NCBI GenBank assembly: GCA_964016885.1
Contig: OZ024741.1
Coordinates: forward strand, 391,406,001-391,470,000
Direction of reading: 5' to 3'
Source of the DNA: Eledone cirrhosa
Lineage: Eukaryota
Length of the DNA: 64,000 nucleotides
Shown here: piece after piece, positions 54,401-64,000 of the stretch
Layout of the letters: the number at the start of each line of letters is the position of its first letter
Position numbering within the stretch: position 1 is the first letter of the stretch
The notes under the pieces: model-generated
Told to the model about the DNA's origin: nothing
The model's input: only the letters and a program-made list of their open reading frames with translations
Databases searched by the model: none
Translations under genes and position numbers: made by a program

Positions 54401-57400
54401 ATAGAGAGAGGGGGTCAGAGAGAGGTTATTGTTACTATAGTAAAGTTGGTAATGTCTGGGTTGTATATAGAGAGAGGGGGACAGAGAGAGGTCATTGTTA
54501 CTATAGTAAAGTTGGTAATGTCTGGGTTGTATATATAGAGAGAGGGGGACAGAGAGAGGTCATTGTTACTATAGTAAAGTTGGTAATGTCTGGGTTGTAT
54601 ATAGAGAGAGGGGGACAGAGAGAGGTCATTGTTACTATAGTAAAGTTGGTAATGTCTGGGTTGTATATAGAGAGAGAGGGGGACAGAGAGAGGTCATTGT
54701 TACTATAGTAAAGTTGGTAATGTCTGGGTTGTATATAGAGAGAGAGGGGGACAGAGAGAGGTCATTGTTACTATAGTAAAGTTGGTAATGTCTGGGTTGT
54801 ATATATAGAGAGAGGGGGACAGAGAGAGGTCATTGTTACTATAGTAAAGTTGGTAATGTCTGGGTTGCATATAGAGAGAGAGGGGGACAGAGAGAGGTCA
54901 TTGTTACTATAGTAAAGTTGGTAATGTCTGGGTTGTATATATATAGAGAGAGAGGGACAGAGAGAGGTCATTGTTACTATAGTAAAGTTGGTGGTGTCTG
55001 GGTTGTATATAGAGAGAGGGGGACAGAGAGAGGTCATTGTTACTATAGTAAAATTGGTAATGTCTGGGTTGTATATAGAGAGAGGGACAGAGAGAGGTCA
55101 TTGTTACTATAGTAAAGTTGGTGGTGTCTGGGTTGTATATATAGAGAGAGGGGGACAGAGAGCGGTCATTGTTACTATAGTAAAGTTGGTAATGTCTGGG
55201 TTGTATATATAGAGAGAGGGGGACAGAGAGAGGTCATTGTTACTATAGTAAAGTTGGTAATGTCTGGGTTGTATATATATATAGAGAGAGGGGGACAGAG
55301 AGAGGTCATTGTTACTATAGTAAAGTTGGTAATGTCTGGGTTGTATATATATAGAGAGAGAGGGACAGAGAGAGGTCATTGTTACTATAGTAAAGTTGGT
55401 GGTGTCTGGGTTGTATATAGAGAGAGGGGGACAGAGAGAGGTCATTGTTACTATAGTAAAATTGGTAATGTCTGGGTTGTATATATAGAGAAAGAGGGGG
55501 ACAGAGAGAGGTCATTGTTACTATAGTAAAGTTGGTAATGTCTGGGTTGTATATAGAGAGAGGGGGACAGAGAGAGGTCATTGTTACTATAGTAAAGTTG
55601 GTAATGTCTGGGTTGTATGTATAGAGAGAGAGGGGGACAGAGAGAGGTCATTGTTACTATAGTAAAGTTGGTAATGTCTGGGTTGTATATAGAGAGACAG
55701 GGACAGAGAGAGGTCATTGTTACTATAGTAAAGTTGGTGGTGTCTGGGTTGTCTATAGAGAGAGAGGGGGACAGAGAGAGGTCATTGTTACTATAGTAAA
55801 GTTGGTAATGTCTGGGTTGTATATAGAGAGACAGGGACAGAGAGAGGTCATTGTTACTATAGTAAAGTTCGTAATGTCTGGGTTGTATATATAGAGAGAG
55901 GGGGACAGAGAGAGGTCATTGTTACTATAGTAAAGTTGGTAATGTCTGGGTTGTATATAGAGAGAGAGGGGGACAGAGAGAGGTCATTGTTACTATAGTA
56001 AAATTGGTGGTGTCTGGGTTGTATATAGAGAGAAGGGGACAGAGAGGGGTCATTGTTACTATAGTAAAATTGGTAATGTCTGGGTTGTATATATAGAGAA
56101 AGAGGGGGACAGAGAGAGGTCATTGTTACTATAGTAAAGTTGGTAATGTCTGGGTTGTATATAGAGAGAGGGGGACAGAGAGAGGTCATTGTTACTATAG
56201 TAAAGTTGGTAATGTCTGGGTTGTATATATAGAGAGAGGGGGACAGAGAGAGGTCATTGTTACTATAGTAAAGTTGGTAATGTATGGGTTGTATATATAG
56301 AGAGAGAGGGACAGAGAGAGGTCATTGTTACTATAGTAAAGTTGGTAATGTCTGAGTTGTATATAGAGAGAGGGACAGAGAGAGGTCATTGTTACTATAG
56401 TAAAGTTGGTGGTGTCTGGGTTGTATATAGAGAGAGAGGGGGACAGAGAGAGGTCATTGTTACTATAGTAAAGTTGGTGGTGTCTGGGTTGTATATAGAG
56501 AGAGAGGGGGACAGAGAGAGGTCATTGTTACTATAGTAAAGTTGGTAATGTCTGGGTTGTATATAGAGAGAGAGGGGGACAGAGAGAGGTCATTGTTACT
56601 ATAGTAAAGTTGGTGGTGTCTGGGTTGTATATAGAGAGAAGGGGACAGAGAGGGGTCATTGTTACTATAGTAAAATTGGTAATGTCTGGGTTGTATATAT
56701 AGAGAGAGGGGGACAGAGAGAGGTCATTGTTACTATAGTAAAGTTGGTGGTGTCTGGGTTGTATATAGAGAGAGAGGGGGACAGAGAGAGGTCATTGTTA
56801 CTATAGTAAAGTTGGTGGTGTCTGGGTTGTCTATAGAGAGAGAGGGGGACAGAGAGAGGTCATTGTTACTATAGTAAAGTTGGTGGTGTCTGGGTTGTCT
56901 ATAGAGAGAGAGGGGGACAGAGAGAGGTCATTGTTACTATAGTAAAGTTCGTAATGTCTGGGTTGTATATATAGAGAGAGGGGGACAGAGAGAGGTCATT
57001 GTTACTATAGTAAAGTTGGTGGTGTCTGGGTTGTATATATATAGAGAGAGAGGGACAGAGAGAGGTCATTGTTACTATAGTAAAGTTGGTGGTGTCTGGG
57101 TTGTATATATAGAGAGAGAGGGACAGAGAGAGGTCATTGTTACTATAGTAAAGTTGGTAATGTCTGGGTTGTATATATATAGAGAGAGAGGGACAGAGAG
57201 AGGTCATTGTTACTATAGTAAAGTTGGTGGTGTCTGGGTTGTATATATAGAGAGAGAGGGACAGAGAGAGGTCATTGTTACTATAGTAAAGTTGGTAATG
57301 TCTGGGTTGTATATATATAGAGAGAGAGGGGGACAGAGAGAGGTCATTGTTACTATAGTAAAGTTGGTAATGTCTGGGTTGTATATATATAGAGAGAGAG

Positions 57401-60400
57401 GGACAGAGAGAGGTCATTGTTACTATAGTAAAGTTGGTGGTGTCTGGGTTGTATATAGAGAGAGAGGGGGACAGAGAGAGGTCATTGTTACTATAGTAAA
57501 GTTGGTAATGTCTGGGTTGTATATAGAGAGACAGGGACAGAGAGAGGTCATTGTTACTATAGTAAAGTTGGTGGTGTCTGGGTTGTCTATAGAGAGAGAT
57601 GGGGACAGAGAGAGGTCATTGTTACTATAGTAAAGTTCGTAATGTCTGGGTTGTATATATAGAGAGAGGGGGACAGAGAGAGGTCATTGTTACTATAGTA
57701 AAGTTGGTGGTGTCTGGGTTGTATATATAGAGAGAGAGGGACAGAGAGAGGTCATTGTTACTATAGTAAAGTTGGTAATGTCTGGGTTGTATGTATAGAG
57801 AGAGAGGGGGACAGAGAGAGGTCATTGTTACTATAGTAAAGTTGGTGGTGTCTGGGTTGTATATAGAGAGACAGGGACAGAGAGAGGTCATTGTTACTAT
57901 AGTAAAGTTGGTGGTGTCTGGGTTGTCTATAGAGAGAGAGGGGGACAGAGAGATGTCATTGTTACTATAGTAAAGTTCGTAATGTCTGGGTTGTATATAT
58001 AGAGAGAGGGGGTCAGAGAGAGGTCATTGTTACTATAGTAAAGTTGGTAATGTCTGGGTTGTATATAGAGAGAGAGGGGGACAGAGAGAGGTCATTGTTA
58101 CTATAGTAAAATTGGGAATGTCTGGGTTGTATATATAGAGAAAGAGGGGGACAGAGAGAGGTCATTGTTACTATAGTAAAGTTGGTAATGTCTGGGTTGT
58201 ATATATATAGAGAGAGAGGGACAGAGAGAGGTCATTGTTACTATAGTAAAGTTGGTGGTGTCTGGGTTGTATATAGAGAGAGAGGGGGACAGAGAGAGGT
58301 CATTGTTACTACAGTAAAGTTGGTGGTGTCTGGGTTGTATATAGAGAGAAGGGGACAGAGAGGGGTCATTGTTACTATAGTAAAATTGGTAATGTCTGGG
58401 TTGTATATATAGAGAAAGAGGGGGACAGAGAGAGGTCATTGTTACTATAGTAAAGTTGGTAATGTCTGAGTTGTATGTATAGAGAGAGAGAGGGACAGAG
58501 AGAGGTCATTGTTACTATAGTAAAGTTGGTAATGTCTGGGTTGTATATAGAGAGAGAGGGGGACAGAGAGAGGTCATTGTTACTATAGTAAAGTTGGTGG
58601 TGTCTGGGTTGTCTATAGAGAGAGAGGGGGACAGAGAGAGGTCATTGTTACTATAGTAAAGTTCGTAATGTCTGGGTTGTATATATAGAGAGAGGGGGAC
58701 AGAGAGAGGTCATTGTTACTATAGTAAAGTTGGTGGTGTCTGGGTTGTATATATAGAGAGAGAGGGACAGAGAGAGGTCATTGTTACTATAGTAAAGTTG
58801 GTAATGTCTGGGTTGTATATATATAGATAGAGAGAGGGACAGAGAGAGGTCATTGTTACTATAGTAAAGTTGGTAATGTCTGGGTTGTATATATATAGAG
58901 AGAGAGGGACAGAGAGAGGTCATTGTTACTATAGTAAAGTTGGTGGTGTCTGGGTTGTATATAGAGAGAGAGGGGGACAGAGAGAGGTCATTGTTACTAT
59001 AGTAGAGTTGGTGGTGTCTGGGTTTTATATAGAGAGAGGGGGTCAGAGAGAGGTTATTGTTACTATAGTAAAGTTGGTAATGTCTGGGTTGTATATAGAG
59101 AGAGGGGGACAGAGAGAGGTCATTGTTACTATAGTAAAGTTGGTAATGTCTGGGTTGCATATAGAGAGAGAGGGGGACAGAGAGAGGTCATTGTTACTAT
59201 AGTAAAGTTGGTAATGTCTGGGTTGTATATAGAGAGAGAGGGGGACAGAGAGAGGTCATTGTTACTATAGTAAAGTTGGTAATGTATGGGTTGTATATAT
59301 AGAGAGAGAGGGACAGAGAGAGGTCATTGTTACTATAGTAAAGTTGGTAATGTATGGGTTGTATATATAGAGAGAGAGGGACAGAGAGAGGTCATTGTTA
59401 CTATAGTAAAGTTGGTAATGTCTGGGTTGTATATATAGAGAGAGGGGGACAGAGAGAGGTCATTGTTACTATAGTAAAGTTGGTAATGTCTGAGTTGTAT
59501 ATAGAGAGAGGGAGAGAGAGAGGTCATTGTTACTATAGTAAAGTTGGTGGTGTCTGGGTTGTATATATAGAGAGAGGGGGACAGAGAGCGGTCATTGTTA
59601 CTATAGTAAAGTTGGTAATGTCTGGGTTGTATATATAGAGAGAGGGGGACAGAGAGAGGTCATTGTTACTATAGTAAAGTTGGTAATGTCTGGGTTGTAT
59701 ATATATATAGAGAGAGGGGGACAGAGAGAGGTCATTGTTACTATAGTAAAGTTGGTAATGTCTGGGTTGTATATATATAGAGAGAGAGGGACAGAGAGAG
59801 GTCATTGTTACTATAGTAAAGTTGGTGGTGTCTGGGTTGTATATAGAGAGAGGGGGACAGAGAGAGGTCATTGTTACTATAGTAAAATTGGTAATGTCTG
59901 GGTTGTATATATAGAGAAAGAGGGGGACAGAGAGAGGTCATTGTTACTATAGTAAAGTTGGTAATGTCTGGGTTGTATATAGAGAGAGGGGGACAGAGAG
60001 AGGTCATTGTTACTATAGTAAAGTTGGTAATGTCTGGGTTGTATGTATAGAGAGAGAGGGGGACAGAGAGAGGTCATTGTTACTATAGTAAAGTTGGTAA
60101 TGTCTGGGTTGTATATAGAGAGACAGTGACAGAGAGAGGTCATTGTTACTATAGTAAAGTTGGTAATGTCTGGGTTGTATATATATAGAGAGAGAGGGAC
60201 AGAGAGAGGTCATTGTTACTATAGTAAAGTTGGTGGTGTCTGGGTTGTATATAGAGAGAGGGGGACAGAGAGAGGTCATTGTTACTATAGTAAAATTGGT
60301 AATGTCTGGGTTGTATATATAGAGAAAGAGGGGGACAGAGAGAGGTCATTGTTACTATAGTAAAGTTGGTAATGTCTGGGTTGTATATAGAGAGAGGGGG

Positions 60401-63400
60401 ACAGAGAGAGGTCATTGTTACTATAGTAAAGTTGGTAATGTCTGGGTTGTATGTATGGAGAGAGAGGGGGACAGAGAGAGGTCATTGTTACTATAGTAAA
60501 GTTGGTAATGTCTGGGTTGTATATAGAGAGACAGGGACAGAGAGAGGTCATTGTTACTATAGTAAAGTTGGTGGTGTCTGGGTTGTCTATAGAGAGAGAG
60601 GGGGACAGAGAGAGGTCATTGTTACTATAGTAAAGTTGGTAATGTCTGGGTTGTATATAGAGAGACAGGGACAGAGAGAGGTCATTGTTACTATAGTAAA
60701 GTTCGTAATGTCTGGGTTGTATATATAGAGAGAGGGGGACAGAGAGAGGTCATTGTTACTATAGTAAAGTTGGTAATGTCTGGGTTGTATATAGAGAGAG
60801 AGGGGGACAGAGAGAGGTCATTGTTACTATAGTAAAATTGGTGGTGTCTGGGTTGTATATAGAGAGAAGGGGACAGAGAGGGGTCATTGTTACTATAGTA
60901 AAATTGGTAATGTCTGGGTTGTATATATAGAGAAAGAGGGGGACAGAGAGAGGTCATTGTTACTATAGTAAAGTTGGTGGTGTCTGGGTTGTATATAGAG
61001 AGAAGGGGACAGAGAGGGGTCATTGTTACTATAGTAAAATTGGTAATGTCTGGGTTGTATATATAGAGAAAGAGGGGGACAGAGAGAGGTCATTGTTACT
61101 ATAGTAAAATTGGTAATGTCTGGGTTGTATATATAGAGAAAGAGGCGGACAGAGAGAGGTCATTGTTACTATAGTAAAGATGGTAATGTCTGGGTTGTAT
61201 ATAGAGAGAGGGGGACAGAGAGAGGTCATTGTTACTATAGTAAAGTTGGTAATGTCTGGGTTGTATGTATAGAGAGAGAGAGGGACAGAGAGAGGTCATT
61301 GTTACTATAGTAAAGTTGGTAATGTCTGGGTTGTATATAGAGAGACAGGGACAGAGAGAGGTCATTGTTACTATAGTAAAGTTGGTGGTGTCTGGGTTGT
61401 CTATAGAGAGAGAGGGGGACAGAGAGAGGTCATTGTTACTATAGTAAAGTTCGTAATGTCTGGGTTGTATATATAGAGAGAGGGGGACAGAGAGAGGTCA
61501 TTGTTACTATAGTAAAGTTGGTGGTGTCTGGGTTGTATATATAGAGAGAGAGGGACAGAGAGAGGTCATTGTTACTATAGTAAAGTTGGTAATGTCTGGG
61601 TTGTATATATATAGATAGAGAGAGGGACAGAGAGAGGTCATTGTTACTATAGTAAAGTTGGTAATGTCTGGGTTGTATATATATAGAGAGAGAGGGACAG
61701 AGAGAGGTCATTGTTACTATAGTAAAGTTGGTGGTGTCTGGGTTGTATATAGAGAGAGAGGGGGATAGAGAGAGGTCATTGTTACTATAGTAGAGTTGGT
61801 GGTGTCTGGGTTTTATATAGAGAGAGGGGGTCAGAGAGAGGTTATTGTTACTATAGTAAAGTTGGTAATGTCTGGGTTGTATATAGAGAGAGGGGGACAG
61901 AGAGAGGTCATTGTTACTATAGTAAAGTTGGTAATGTCTGGGTTGTATATATAGAGAGAGGGGGACAGAGAGAGGTCATTGTTACTATAGTAAAGTTGGT
62001 AATGTCTGGGTTGTATATAGAGAGAGGGGGACAGAGAGAGGTCATTGTTACTATAGTAAAGTTGGTAATGTCTGGGTTGTATATAGAGAGAGAGGGGGAC
62101 AGAGAGAGGTCATTGTTACTATAGTAAAGTTGGTAATGTCTGGGTTGTATATAGAGAGAGAGGGGGACAGAGAGAGGTCATTGTTACTATAGTAAAGTTG
62201 GTAATGTCTGGGTTGTATATATAGAGAGAGGGGGACAGAGAGAGGTCATTGTTACTATAGTAAAGTTGGTAATGTCTGGGTTGCATATAGAGAGAGAGGG
62301 GGACAGAGAGAGGTCATTGTTACTATAGTAAAGTTGGTAATGTCTGGGTTGTATATAGAGAGAGAGGGGGACAGAGAGAGGTCATTGTTACTATAGTAAA
62401 GTTGGTAATGTATGTGTTGTATATATAGAGAGAGAGGGACAGAGAGAGGTCATTGTTACTATAGTAAAGTTGGTAATGTCTGGGTTGTATATATAGAGAG
62501 AGGGGGACAGAGAGAGGTCATTGTTACTATAGTAAAGTTGGTAATGTCTGAGTTGTATATAGAGAGACAGGGACAGAGAGAGGTCATTGTTACTATAGTA
62601 AAGTTGGTAATGTCTGAGTTGTATATCGAGAGAGGGACAGAGAGAGGTCATTGTTACTATAGTAAAGTTGGTGGTGTCTGGGTTGTATATAGAGAGAGAG
62701 GGGGACAGAGAGCGGTCATTGTTACTATAGTAAAGTTGGTAATGTCTGGGTTGTATATATAGAGAGAGGGGGACAGAGAGAGGTCATTGTTACTATAGTA
62801 AAGTTGGTAATGTCTGGGTTGTATATATATATAGAGAGAGGGGGACAGAGAGAGGTCATTGTTACTATAGTAAAGTTGGTAATGTCTGGGTTGTATATAT
62901 ATAGAGAGAGAGGGACAGAGAGAGGTCATTGTTACTATAGTAAAGTTGGTGGTGTCTGGGTTGTATATAGAGAGAGGGGGACAGAGAGAGGTCATTGTTA
63001 CTATAGTAAAGTTCGTAATGTCTGGGTTGTATGTATAGAGAGAGAGGGGGACAGAGAGAGGTCATTGTTACTATAGTAAAGTTGGTAATGTCTGGGTTGT
63101 ATATAGAGAGACAGGGACAGAGAGAGGTCATTGTTACTATAGTAAAGTTGGTGGTGTCTGGGTTGTCTATAGAGAGAGAGGGGGACAGAGAGAGGTCATT
63201 GTTACTATAGTAAAGTTGGTAATGTCTGGGTTGTATATAGAGAGACAGGGACAGAGAGAGGTCATTGTTACTATAGTAAAGTTCGTAATGTCTGGGTTGT
63301 ATATATAGAGAGAGGGGGACAGAGAGAGGTCATTGTTACTATAGTAAAGTTGGTAATGTCTGGGTTGTATATAGAGAGAGAGGGGGACAGAGAGAGGTCA

Positions 63401-64000
63401 TTGTTACTATAGTAAAATTGGTGGTGTCTGGGTTGTATATAGAGAGAAGGGGACAGAGAGGGGTCATTGTTACTATAGTAAAATTGGTAATGTCTGGGTT
63501 GTATATATAGAGAAAGAGGGGGACAGAGAGAGGTCATTGTTACTATAGTAAAGTTGGTGGTGTCTGGGTTGTATATAGAGAGAAGGGGACAGAGAGGGGT
63601 CATTGTTACTATAGTAAAATTGGTAATGTCTGGGTTGTATATATAGAGAAAGAGGGGGACAGAGAGAGGTCATTGTTACTATAGTAAAATTGGTAATGTC
63701 TGGGTTGTATATATAGAGAAAGAGGGGGACAGAGAGAGGTCATTGTTACTATAGTAAAGTTGGTAATGTCTGGGTTGTATATAGAGAGAGGGGGACAGAG
63801 AGAGGTCATTGTTACTATAGTAAAGTTGGTAATGTCTGGGTTGTATGTATATAGAGAGAGAGGGACAGAGAGAGGTCATTGTTACTATAGTAAAGTTGGT
63901 AATGTCTGGGTTGTATATAGAGAGACAGGGACAGAGAGAGGTCATTGTTACTATAGTAAAGTTGGTGGTGTCTGGGTTGTCTATAGAGAGAGAGGGGGAC
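48440..64000. repeat. ~66-70-bp tandem satellite, consensus GTCATTGTTACTATAGTAAAGTTGGTAATGTCTGGGTTG(TA)n(GA)nGGGGACAGAGAGAG (about 230 units; runs off the window end)
   Basis: Unit read directly. Length varies in 2-bp steps in the (TA)n and (GA)n tracts. The ORF track shows 22-aa periodicity. Confidence 0.99.

Noticed and set aside
1-64000. Either tandem array as a CRISPR array
   Set aside because: There are no unique spacers and no cas genes, the units are contiguous, and the context is eukaryotic TEs.
48439-64000. MTSLCPPLSIYNPDITNFTIVT-type ORFs, and the AGGTCA in each unit as a nuclear-receptor response array
   Set aside because: The ORFs are translations of the 66-bp unit. A single hexamer per unit, with no paired half-site, is not evidence of regulation.

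Overview
Eukaryotic (animal) heterochromatin-like window with no intact protein-coding gene. Octopod cephalopod origin is suggested by the SINE family but unconfirmed. Bases 1-34398 are a 16-bp tandem satellite (GGACAGACCTATGATC) containing multi-kb near-identical internal duplications of about 2.6, 4.06 and 5.50 kb. Bases ~48440-64000 are a second satellite with a ~66-70-bp unit and its own higher-order blocks. Between them lies a ~14-kb transposon island. It holds tRNA-derived SINE copies, a decayed Penelope-like retroelement (PLE) with a hammerhead ribozyme in its 3' pseudo-LTR, an RTE LINE endonuclease fragment, and a full-length Tigger/pogo transposon with a dead DD32D transposase. It also holds a dense cluster of inverted repeats. 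The most notable of these is a ~480-bp fold-back of two PLE pseudo-LTR-like arms, each carrying a minimal type I hammerhead on opposite strands. Nearly all ORFs in the supplied track are artefacts of translating repeats.
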